The position numbers were made by a program, and so were the translations under genes. A stretch of DNA of 57,727 nucleotides, counting the filler, from Bipalium vagum (Eukaryota): NCBI GenBank assembly GCA_037834085.1. It is 3 parts of 3 records of this genome, joined end to end, with 100 filler letters (N's around TTAATTAATTAA, not from the genome) between each part and the next. Parts side by side here need not be neighbours in the genome. Positions count along the whole stretch, not along the records: positions 1 to 23,593 come from JBBMKC010207487.1; positions 23,694 to 40,243 come from JBBMKC010106115.1; 1 more part is not named here. The stretch is one strand, 5' to 3'. Within the stretch, counting starts at the first letter, position 1, and each line of letters starts with the position of its first letter. Shown here piece by piece: positions 12,440 through 24,689 of the stretch. The notes beneath the pieces are model-generated. The model saw only the letters and a list, made by a program, of their open reading frames with translations. It was not told the origin of the DNA and made no database searches.

Positions 12440-13300
12440 AGTGTTCACTGAGTGACATCATTATTGAAGGCATCATCAAAAAAGCGGGGAAAATTGACAA
12501 CAAAAGAAACCTCTTTCAAAATTCCAACCAAGCCAATGCTACTTGGTTGTTTTCTTGGCTTCAAAAGCAAATGGAACACCATCTCTTGCAAAGTCATTAT
12601 GGCAACAGAATCAGGATCAAGAACTTAAAATTGGAACAAAACTGGAACTCTTCATAGAAAGATGCTCCAATATTATCTTCCCTTCTCCACTGATTCTCAA
12701 TCTACTCCTCAACTGCCCACAACAGAATAGCGGATATTACTGTGGTATCTTTGTTTGCTCTTTTTCACACAATTTATTGAAGAACACAATACTACAGATC
12801 TCAAAGTACCTGAAGAACATGCATTAGAAAAAATATCCTGGAAATGATCCTAAAAAAAATCTCAAATCCAAATGATATTAAAAAATCCTTCAAACAAACA
12901 GCTCGTAAAACAGCAAGAAAACCATATCACCCGATTGTTCTAACTATGATCAACGAAGAATCCAACGGACGAAGTAATATGAATCACTGTTTAACAAGAA
13001 TAAAGAATATCAGTCTCAAACTAAGAAAATCAGATTTCAATCATGTCAAACGACCATTCAGCAAACCAATTACTACTGAAGCTTCAATGAACAGGGCTCT
13101 ACATAATCTCTTCGAAAAATTGAGTAAAAAAGCTCAGAAGTTGAAACTCCATCAAGAGAAGATCTACAAAAATATTTTGAAGAGGAAAACAAAGATTCAC
13201 CTAAGGTTAACTGGAATGAAAAAAATGATTTCCCATTCCAAGAGGATTTTACGCCTTTGATGAAATCACAAAAAAAAGAAATCCAAGCTAAAATGAAGAG
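12440..13300 (+). mobile_element. Degenerate 5' part of a NeSL-like non-LTR retrotransposon (Ulp1/C48 protease remnant)
   Basis: LSDIIIE near 12445 and CPQQNSGYYCGIFVCSF (Ulp1 catalytic Q..N..DCG motif, decayed), followed by a K/N-rich linker. Same architecture as 27600-31400. Confidence 0.55.
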
Positions 13301-13549
13301 AACCAGATACATAACCAGATAGATAGATACATGACGGCAAGAAATATAGTAATTGGAGAAACGTTGATCACGAGAGAAAAAAAATCCATTTCAGAGTCTT
13401 GGAAGACATATGACATATATTTTTACCCTTTCAGATCTTCGCATTTATGTATTCTTTTGCCCTTTTTATGTAAAAAATTCTATAACATTGTGGTCGATCG
13501 TCCTCCATGTCTCTTATTGTATAGTAGGTTATATGAAAAATATATTTTC

Positions 13550-14565
13550 CTACTACTTGGCAACGAAATTCAACCAAAACCATAATGAAAATGAATTTTA
13601 TTAAAATTGATTTACACAAAGTCAATCAATACAAATTATTATTATTATTACGAATTTAACCTCGATATACAACAAATGATTTTATATTTTTGAATAACGT
13701 AAATGAGAAATTGATTACTTTAATAAAAAAGATTTTTTCAAATATGACAAAAACTAAGAATGACTAAGCTAAATGAAAGGGGTTTGAAAAATTTTGAAAG
13801 CGACAGGGTTAATTTAACATTAAAGGAGGAAATATGTGCTATTATAATATTCCATCTTTAATGCAGTAGAATCCACTTAATGTGATCACGGTTAATGTTT
13901 TTCAAGATATCAGATCCAGATTTTTTCTATTTATATAATTAGAAATAAGTCGCGTATTGTAATCAAAAATTCGGTTTATGTAATCAATTTATTAAAAATT
14001 AAATTTTATCATCAAATTCCACTTAATCACCTCTTTACATATTCGAAAATGTCACTTTAAAAATTTTTTAATTGATTTAACTTTAATTATAAATTTTTTG
14101 TAATTCTGTTTTACGTTTTTTGTCTTTTTCAGAGCTCGATGTTTGAGAAATATGGAAAAATATCAAAATTAACTGTTACCCTCATCTTTTCCCCGAAAAT
14201 ATAAATTATGAAAAAGAGATACAAAGAGTCCTACAGTAAACTTATGGTAATTCTAATAAAACTCGATTTATAATAAATTTAAGGTCATTCAAATTACAAA
14301 ACTCGCTGCTAGTATAACGAAAATTAATATTATTTTAAAATTTTAAGGTAAATAACAGATGAAAATCGAAACTGAATGACTATTCCCTTTTTCTCACCAA
14401 TTTTACTTATTGATTCAATCCTATTAGAAACAAAAATAAATATCCAAAAGGTTACATTACAGACAGGATGCTGCGCAATTATCAACAGCTAAGCACCAAA
14501 TAAATAATACAAAATTCACACATAATTTAATCATTAAAATTTAATGACCTTTATTCTCTGCAATT
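13550..14565. repeat. ~1 kb direct duplication, copy 1
   Basis: Long near-identical blocks shared with 15023-16000, e.g. TAATTTAACATTAAAGGAGGAAATATGTGCTATTATAATATTCCATC and CAAAACTCGCTGCTAGTATAACG. Confidence 0.9.
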
Positions 14566-15022
14566 CTACATCTAAAGTTATGACTTTACAATTTCACTTA
14601 GTTTAATAATAATTCATTTATAAATGAATAATAATTAAAAATCATTTACACTTATGATTTTATAAGATGTTTAACATTTTAATCTTTATTTTTTAACTGT
14701 CTCGTGTATTAAAATTTTTTAATATTTTTTCTTATTTTTAAAAAAATGGAATTTAAAAATCTGTTGACTTATTTCCAATTTTGTCATTTGTCAAAACGTG
14801 GGATTTTCCTTTTTTCTTATGCGTAGAAAGAAAATTTTCACAAATTCATTTTTTAATTTTTTAATGTTTTCAAATTTTTAAAATTTTTGATTTTTGACAA
14901 AAGCAATAATCACGTTTATTCTGCCCAAAAGTATTTTTGAGTGAGTGAGAATTTTTTGCGACCGTTAAGAAGTAAAAAAATGAGTGGACAAGTAATTTTG
15001 TTTGCGCTATATGCTTGACTAT

Positions 15023-16000
15023 ATACTATTGGCAGCTCAATTCAACAAAAATCATTATCAATATAAATTTGATTAAAATTGATTATACAGTTAATCAATC
15101 CAAGTTATTATTAGGAATTTTACCTCGAAAATACAACAAATGATTTTATATTTTTGAATAACGTACATGGAAAATTGATTACTTTTAAAAAAAAAGGATT
15201 TTTTCAATTATGACTAAACTAAAGATATGAAAGCTGTTTGAAAATTTTCAAAAGCGACATAATTTAACATTAAAGGAGGAAATATGTGCTATTATAATAT
15301 TCCATCTTTAATACAGTAGAATCCACTTAATGTGATCACGGTTAATGTTTTTCAAGATATCAGATCCAAATTTTTCTATGTATATAAATTAAAAATAAGT
15401 CACTTATTGTAATCAAAAATTTGGTTTATGTAATCAATTTATTAAAAATTAAATTTTATCACCTCTCAAATATTGGAAAATGTGTCACTTTAAAAAAATT
15501 TTTAATTGATTTAACTTTAATTATAAATTTATTTATGATGCTGATAATGATGTTATACTTTTGTTGTCTTTTTCGGAGGTTGATGTTTGAGAAATATTGA
15601 AAAATAACAAAATTAACTGTCACCCTCATCTTTTCCCCGAAAATATAAATTATGAAAAAGAGATACAAAGAGTCCTACAGTAAACTTAAGGTAATTCTAA
15701 TAAAACTCGATTTATAATAAATTTAAGGTCATTCAAATTACAAAACTCGCTGCTAGTATAACGAAAATTAATATTTTAAAATTTTAAGGCAAAAAACAGA
15801 TGAAAATCGAAACTGAACGACTATTCCTTTTTTCTCACCAATTTTACTTATTGATTCAATCCTATTAGAAACAAAAATAAATATTCAAAAGGTTACATTA
15901 CAGACAGAATTCTGCAATTATCAACAGTTAAAGACCAAATAAATAATACAATTCACAGAATTTAATCATTAAAATTCAACGACCTTTATTCAATGCAATT
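15023..16000. repeat. ~1 kb direct duplication, copy 2
   Basis: Matches 13550-14565 with scattered substitutions and small indels. Confidence 0.9.
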
Positions 16001-16508
16001 TCAATTACTGACGCAACTCGTTTGAAAACTTAACAAATGATCTAAACATTATATTGAAGACAGGACAACCACAACGACGTCTCAACCACAACCCATCTTG
16101 TCCTAAATATTTTGACATTGAAAATGAATTGAATCAATACAATGCCAACGATTTAGTTTAGAAAATCAATCAAAAAAATTCTTAAACCCCAATTTCTATC
16201 TCAAGAGTTTTTTCCAAAAACAAGTCAGTATAATTTTTCTAAATATTATTAGAACTATGGAACTCATTTGATCTTAAACCTGTATATTGATTGATTATAT
16301 TTTCAAAAATTAGATTATCAATAAAAATTAATTCATGTAAGACCACCAGCACTTAAAGATATTTTCACTTGTGCATGTGTGTTTGTGTGCGCATGCCAAT
16401 AACTTAATTAAATCAATCATTACTATCAAAATCAAAGAAAAAAAACGAAAGCAGAATTTTTTTTTTCATCAACTTTTGCTGACGGTGGGCGTGTGCAACT
16501 GAATAATG

Positions 16509-18644
16509 TTAGTTGTGCACATGTCTTCGAATTTTCGGCAACGACTTCCTCGTGGCAATGGCAGTCCGTCCGACACCGACGGTGATTATTGGGGAAATAA
16601 AAGGCAGATTGTTGTTATTACGTTTACATATCACTTCTCGCTGAATTCATAAAATCAATAATAAAAATATTTTAATGATTTTTAAAAAAATAATAATGAT
16701 CAATAATGACCAATAAATATTATTAAACAAAAATTTCAGATCAATGCGATCAGGAAATTATTCATTATCACTATTACCGCTACACACAAAAGTCAATAAT
16801 TATCATTTATGAAACTGAGATAAAAATCATACCTGGTACAAAAACAGACTCTCCGGTGGGTAGATTTTTCCCTTTACCAGACAGCACGAATTTAAAAGAG
16901 ATCTACTAGCTCCAGTGAGCAAATCAATTTCACATTCCTCTTTGCGAATGTGCGAAATGAGGCCCATTCCAAAGCATTGCATCAAATTCATCTCGTTCCG
17001 TTTGCAATTATCATAAAAACTCTTTTCAATAACAGATTGGTAACTGGTCAGAACTGCTGGTTTACAAAGCCCGACCCATTGCAACGTAAAACACTCGAAC
17101 AAAGAATCTAATTGATCGAGGTCTTCGATTTCCGAATAGGCCAGCTTCAGTTGAACGAAAGCGTTATCGTGATTGTCATCGTTTTTGTCGTCAATGTGTG
17201 AATGTACAAGTCTTGACAATGGATGGGCGATTTTCAACATCTCTGGGATTCGACAGCGAAGTCTGGTTATTGGGTTCCAAGAATAATCGGAAGGAAAGAC
17301 GTCGGAGAAACATAGCGGTCGGTTTTCTGTTTGGTTGAAGAGGTACGCAATCATCATCAATTCTCGATGTGACTGGGGATTCATTGGCAGTCCCAGGTTG
17401 GGGTTTTGAGACACTGGTGATTTCAAAATGGAAATCTCCGATGTTATCATGTGGCGCAAGTTAGTAAAAAGCGATCCTTCTGTTTCACTAATTTTAAACA
17501 GTAAGTCCGGTGAAATGTCCACGAGATCTTGATTGGCTTTCCCTTTTTTCAATTGCACAATGTGGGTCGGGTTGATTAAGAGAATTTTAAATGCTAGCAA
17601 AAGCATTCCAACTCCCTGCAACCAACCCATGGTATTGATTATAAGAGGAATTCTTTTTTTTCCGTTGCACAGTGATAAATAGCTGTGATACAATCTCTCA
17701 AAGGACCGACAATAAAGTTTAGGGTCATCGTTTGGGGATGTTAAGCCAAGGAAGTACTGCTCGACAATTTTGACGTTGGGTGAGAATTGATTAATGAAAG
17801 GCGGTCCAAATAGAGGTTTTGAAGTTACCGTTAAGCTCAAAGTTCCGCATGGAGAAAATTCACTCTGACCGGGATCACCATCAATAATGCAAATCTCTTG
17901 GTGACCCTCGGAAAGTAATCTGTTCATTATGGTTTTCAAGAAGGAAGACTTTCCTACATTTTTTGGTCCAGCTAACACCACGCTCAAATTCTCTTTTACC
18001 AGAGATGATTGAACAATTTCGTTTAATAATTTTTGCATTTCTGATGTGATATTGTAACTGGGAAATTCTTCAAGCGTCAAGCTGAACTTTAGTTTGCTGG
18101 CAAAGGGAAAATCTAAATCCACGTCGAAAAGCTTTTTATATTCTTTAAAGAGAACAATGTCGTTGATTGTTAAGCAAAAGAAGCTAGATAATTTAAGAGC
18201 ATTCCAATTATTGATGCTTGAAATACTTTTTTTATCAGACAATGCTTTTTTCAAAATAACAATATCCTCTTCGTTAAATTCATTATTGGTATTCAGTAAT
18301 GAAATTATGTCTTCTAAATTGAAATTGTTCATCAAAGAATTGTCAGAGGACTGTATAGTAATTTTAGAATGACACAGTGGCGAATAAATTTTCTCTTGAA
18401 ATGGAGAACAAAAGTTGACACCATTTAATTTAATAGATCCTGAGATAATTTGTAGTTCACATTTTCCTAACACAGCAAGCGATTTTTTAAAATTGTTTGA
18501 TAAAAATACCCAGCAGCTTGATAAATCATTATCATTGTAAAGAATAAAATAACTATCATAAATATATAGAATAGCGTGCTGACCACATTTTATATTGTTC
18601 TGATGAAAATCTTTGGAATTTAATTCCTTATATAATTTTGACAT
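16509..18644 (-). CDS. NOL9: Polynucleotide 5'-hydroxyl kinase NOL9/Grc3 (Clp1 family); exons 18644-16833 and 16640-16509, ~647 aa
   Basis: Walker A GPKNVGKS, DGDPGQSEF and PLIINTMGW motifs. Donor CAG|GTATGA at 16833/16832 and acceptor TTCAG|CGA at 16641/16640 add REVICKRNNNNLPFISPIITVGVGRTAIATRKSLPKIRRHVHN*, a NOL9-like C-terminus. Confidence 0.9.
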
Positions 18645-21600
18645 TCTAAAATATAAAAATATTCAAATTTAGATAAAAACAAATGTAATGTAAATATCAC
18701 TGAAAAAATTAAATTTCAGAAGATATGAATATTAAAACATACTTCGATGAAAAAATTAATTTTCCGCAATTACGAAAATTGAAACAAATTAGATGTAATT
18801 ATCCTTATCAATTTAAATATTTGTTATAATTTAGATTAAGAAAATTAATTTTATATTAATTAATGAAATTGAATTTAAAAATAAGATTCTATGTAATTTT
18901 CAAAATTAATAAATATTATTTAATTGTATTTTTAAAAAGAATAAGATGGATGTAAGCTTGAAAAATTCTATTCAATGTTTATAAAGCTCTTTAAAGTAGT
19001 TTTAAGTGAAAAAAAATAAAATTCAATATTTTTAAATAAATATCGAATGAAAATCTGTTTTAAACAATCTCTAAATAATAAAAACCTACCTACCCATTCA
19101 TTAATTATTTTGCTTAAATACATCTAGTAATTTTTTGTGTTAAAAATGTTTTTGAGAATTTGGTTTTTCATATATACTTGGATATTTGAGAATATATATT
19201 TGAATTTTTATTCTGGTATATCTAATTTTAAATAAAATAATATAATTATTGTAAAAGTTACAGCTTTGTTGAGTTTTGAGTGTAGTATTTTCAGATGAAT
19301 TTGTTTAATTTTATTTATTGAATTGGCAATAAAGTTGTTTAATTCATGGTTTTTTTACTTTCAATAAATCACACAACGGGAATAAATTTCTGTTTCATAA
19401 AAAATTCTGTTGCCTTACAGCTTTATGAGATGTTTTTTGTTTTTGCCTTTGACCAATCAGATCATTATCTACAAAATTTGAGAGCTGATTAAAATTCTGC
19501 TTAATTTATCATAATATTGGGTTATTGAGAAAGTCATTTTGCTTTTTTATACCTACCTTTAGATCTTATATTAAGTCTCTTAAATAAAGTGGAGCAATTT
19601 AAGAGCTTAAACGGTTAGAAAGTTTTTTAGGCTTGTTTTAACTATGATTTTTGATCGACTAACAGAACAAATTAATATACAAAACTTTATTTATATCAAA
19701 TGACAATCTGATTTTATAATTTTGCAAGACAAGAGTGATTGCTATTACAACAATCCTCTTTAAGAAAAATTCCCCGAGTTTAGGAATAATTAAAAGGAAG
19801 AATATCTTTTCGCATTGATAAAATTGAGAGTAGCCGCAGAGTCAATTATTCAGCTCAAGCGACTACTCAGGTTGAGCTGGATAATCGAAAGCTCCTGGTT
19901 TCTGCGAAGGCGAAACTAGAAAAAGGAAGATAACCCTGCTATGATTAGTGATGGATCAATAGATGAAAACTAGAGAGTATATAAGCAACTACCAGATTTT
20001 CAACAGCAGAACAAAATCAGAAAAAGTTAATGAAACAAAGCTAGAACAAGGAAAAATGCAAATAGTATCGAAGGGAATACAAGTGATATTATTGTGAAGT
20101 GATCTTTTGTGGTGAATAAACTAATTCGAACAAACCATTATTTTTTATTTTGGAGTCAGAATTAAATTTAATTTGATTAATACTTATTTGAATATTAACA
20201 AATTAAAAATATATATATATGTTTGAAGACCCAACTCTCATTGATATATGTAAACCAAGTGAATCCAAACTGTCAAATAAATTCGGTATCGTAGAGTTCT
20301 CCTTCAGACCAGATGGTCGCCTAGTATTGTCTGAACACAGCGTCCTTAAGCACATTTTTGCTTAACAATAGAACATGTTCAGAATTATCGGGCTTCCAGA
20401 ACTGTCAAGAGGGATTCATACTTATATTTAAACTTTGTATCTCATAGTCGTTCTGGCTGTCAGATATTCCATCTATCAAAAGAAACTTTATAGTTATGAT
20501 AAATGACTTCTTAAGACATCCAGGTAACCTCAAAAAATCTGCTATTTTTAAAATCTCGATCGCCTAGCGATCTTAACAATTCGCTTTATTATTACTTACA
20601 TTTTAAATAATATTATTTAAAAATATCACTAAAAATTGAATCTTTAGGTTACGGAAAGAAACAAACTTAATTCTTAAATATTTAATAACGATCTTGTTTG
20701 GTCATTTTACAGCTAATTTCATTTTTAATTAATTTAATAAAAAAATTATAAAAGTTTTTAAAAAAAATAATTATTTAAAAACATAAGAATAATTTAAATT
20801 AACATCTATAAATAAATTTGGCGTAATAAGCTTTTTAATCCTAAATAATGAGTAATGAAATGACTGATCGAAAATATAAATAATAATTTTTATTGTAATA
20901 GTTGTAATAAATATTTTGAAATAAAAAAAGCTTTATTTCAGATATAAAAATCATAGTAAAAAATAATCAAATAAATTATTTAAAAATTGTAATATATAAA
21001 ACTTTTTAAAATATAGAATATAGAATATTATTATAAAAACTTAAAGTCATTACAAAATTAGCGAATAATTCATCACGAAAAATATTCAACATCTTTTGTT
21101 ACAAAAAGTAAAAAATCAGATATTGCGTATTTACAAATCACAAAGTACATTAATATTAAATCAGAATTTTAATTTTGGATTTGGTACATATTTTTCTTTT
21201 TTAATACTAATATTAAAGAAAATAATAATAATTGTGATAAAAGTTACAGACTCAAAAAATAATTAAATATAAATGATATATTTATCACCCGGTGCATTTC
21301 AAATAAATGAAATATCCAAAAAAAATTAGAATATATTCAAATATAATAAAAATTTAAAAGAAAATGAATTTTTTATAAAAAATAAGACCAAGATTGATTT
21401 TTATAAATTGTATAATGATAGTATCAAAAGCTTGCAAAATTGAATTTTCAAAAAAAATAGTTTATCAAATAATTTAGAATTTGAAACTGGAAAGATATAT
21501 ATTATTCGAAACAATTAAATATTATAAATATTAATAGAATAATGAAGGAATAGAAAATATATTTTTTAATATTTTTATAACATATTTTATTGCAGAAAAA

Positions 21601-22299
21601 GTAGGAAATTTCGAAATTTTTTAAAAAAATATTTCAATTATTTTATAACATTTTTTATTGAAAAATATTCATAAAATTATTTTTAAAAAATCAATATATG
21701 ACCACAGAATTATAAAGAAGAATAAAAATTTTATTTATAATTACGAAACAATAAAGTTAATAAAAATAATTATAATAAAAAGATTTTATTTTAGTTATGT
21801 AAATATAAAATGTTTTTTCAATCAAAATTTTTCAAGTTTTATTTATAATAAACCATCCTCAATTTTTTTAATTTCTATATTTTAAATTTGCTATTTTTTC
21901 TTTAAGCTTTTTTAAAGATAATTCTTCTAATATTTTTTTTCAGATAATTCAATTTTTCTTTTCTTCATTTTTGAAAATGAATTTTTCTTGTTTTTTTTCT
22001 TCTTCTGACTTCTTCCAATTTTTCATTAGTTTCATTAAATCTAAAATAATCTTAGAATAATTTTTATAATTAAATAAATTAAACTCACTGATTCATGAAA
22101 TTAAAACTTAAAAACAGATTATAAAAATAAGTATAATCTTGCAATACCAATTTTAAAATAAGAAGTGTATTCAATTTTACAAATAAATAAAAAAATTTTT
22201 TGCTTCAGATTTAAGTTAAACTTATTAAAACGAATTATTTAAACTATTTAATGGTATTAAATATTTTTATTTTATTAATTTTTTCTAATATTCATATGA

Positions 22300-23385
22300 A
22301 ATATAAATGTATTTTAACTACAAACACAAAGATGTAGATTCAATATTATTTAAAACTCATCTTTTAACACCAAACTGGTCTAATGCTTTTTTATTTTGTT
22401 GTAAAATAAATATATATTATGTTTCTCAGATCTTTTATATGTATTTATTCTCAGATCATTTTTTTGTTATTATTGGATTTATTAATTTATTTTTAAAATC
22501 AATTCATTTTTTACAACCTTTTTATGTATTCCTATATATTTAGTTTCCTTCTATTTTATTTTCAACTTTTTAAAATTTTCTCACTCTTCTTTTTAATTCT
22601 TTGTAATTCTCTTCTTTATCCTGTGTTAAAATTTTTTCTTTTAAAATATTCATATCTATTTTATATTTATTTAAATCGTTTATAATTGATTTTGTTTTGT
22701 AAGCATAAGATTTTGATTTTAATGCTGCAAATTTTATTAATATTTCTCCCTCTATTTCATCTGTAAATTCTCTTAATACTTTTTTATTTTTTTTATAACC
22801 ATCTTTATCTAATTTAAAAAAAAATTTTGTTTAATTTTTTATATTCAGAAAAATCCATCCAATCTTTTAATTTATTTAAATCTTCATAAAGGTCATCTGT
22901 TTTTATATTCATTACAAAACTATCTGTATCTTGATAAATTAGTTCAATATTAACATTATATTTTGGTTTTAAGATATCATAATAAAATTCATACATAATT
23001 AATTTTGATAATTCCAAAATACCAAATTCTAAATATATTGGTTTATACATGTTTATTTCATATTTTTTATAATGAGTGGCCATTAAGTTTTCTGAAAATA
23101 TTTTTCTTCTTTGAAATATTGGTTTACTTATTTGTTTCTATGCTTCTTCATTTTTTACTAATTTTATATTTACTCTTTTTCTTACGTTTTCCATTGTATT
23201 TTTAAAGAAAGAATTAGTCATTAATTTATAATTTTATTTTTTGAAATAAGCTGTTGCTTCTTTTCTTAAATTTGTATTGTGATCTATATAGTTTTTTAAT
23301 TAAGTTTTTGTTTAAATGAAATTATGGAATGAACTTTTGTGACTTTCATAAATCTCAAATAAAATTTTATAATGGACTACATATT
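22300..23385 (-). mobile_element. Degenerate protein-primed family B DNA polymerase (Polinton/Maverick or adintovirus-like)
   Basis: LKNYIDHNTNLRKEA...YKLMTNS, KPIYLEFGILELSKLIMYEFYY, IELIYQDTDSF (catalytic DTDS), and NKKVLREFTDEIEG..KFAALKSKSYAY. Frameshifted. Confidence 0.8.
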
Positions 23386-23593
23386 AAAATTCACTCAGCC
23401 AGCGACGGGTCAACCTCAGTCGATTCCAGTTTCCAAAGCAAAAAAAACAGTTACTATGACAATAATGATTAACCCCTTTGTGATTATCCCTTATTCGTGA
23501 CACTTTGTCAATTCTTTGTGTTAAGTTTTGAAAGGGTGAGGTTGTGTATGACTTATCTTGATCTGACTCCTAAGGTAGTGTACTGATCACAAA

Positions 23594-23693
23594 NNNNNNN
23601 NNNNNNNNNNNNNNNNNNNNNNNNNNNNNNNNNNNNNTTAATTAATTAANNNNNNNNNNNNNNNNNNNNNNNNNNNNNNNNNNNNNNNNNNNN
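23594..23693. other. Artificial contig-joining gap with a six-frame stop linker
   Basis: 44 N + TTAATTAATTAA + 44 N, followed by (TTA)n. Confidence 0.9.
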
Positions 23694-24689
23694 TTATTAT
23701 TATTATTATTATTATGCTAAGTTATTAATAATCTGAAAAATATATTTTTATTTTTCCCAGAATAGGACTTTTTATTAATTGGATTTACACCCAATAAAGG
23801 TTAAATTAATTATTCTCCTCTCTGATTGAGCGGCAGGAGTGAAGATTATTTTCTTTAATCCTGTTTGAGGGCTGCTTGTGAGGGTTTTCTCTTCTGAGAC
23901 CTTTAATTGGCTGGTAACATCATTATGTATACAGTTTTCTGAACTGTGAAAGAATAAAGTTGGTTTTAAGAGTTGATTTTAGACATTGATTATTTTGACA
24001 TATGAGTTAAAATGCGGAATATTTGGACAACGTAATGGTTTAAGGAGAGGTAATTTTTTTAAAAATAGGAACTCATAAAAGTATTTATTTATTCGAATCA
24101 ATAAATTAAGTGTATTAACATGTATTAGTTTAAACTCTGTAAGTTTTAAATAATATTTTTTCTATCAAAAAAATTTCAAATGTCAAACTGTGTAATTTTA
24201 TTATGCATTTATAAAATAAATTTAAATTATATATATTTGTCGAGACTCCCAACCATGCAGCTAAACCCAGTAACAAAACATGAGAAGACAAAGACAAAGA
24301 AGAAATTCCGTCTAAAGAAGACCCAGTCAAATTAAGTTTTAATCGTACCAAAGCATCTTACTTTTTATGATTATTTTAAAACATTTTCATATTGGTTTTA
24401 ATATATTAACTATTATATTATTTAATATTATTAATAATATTAAACTAGTAGTAAGTATTTAAACTTTAAGTCATTATCTTTCCTCTCGCTAATGGTTGGT
24501 ATTAATGATGAAAGAAAAATAAACAGTTCAAGAGTAAACCTTTATTGGCAATAAAACAGTGATTTTCACAAGTTAGTTCTTCCTTACTACGCATTGAAAA
24601 GACGTCAGAGTTAAAAAACAGAAACAAATGTAATTCAAACCAAACATAATTACTTAACACGTAACTTTCCCTTCAATTAAGACTAATGT

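Noticed and set aside
16033-16095. Hammerhead-like TTGAAGA-CAGGACAA...TTGTCC-TAAATATT
   Set aside because: Two invariant core positions (C3, G12) are wrong and stem I does not pair. At most a dead Penelope-type remnant.
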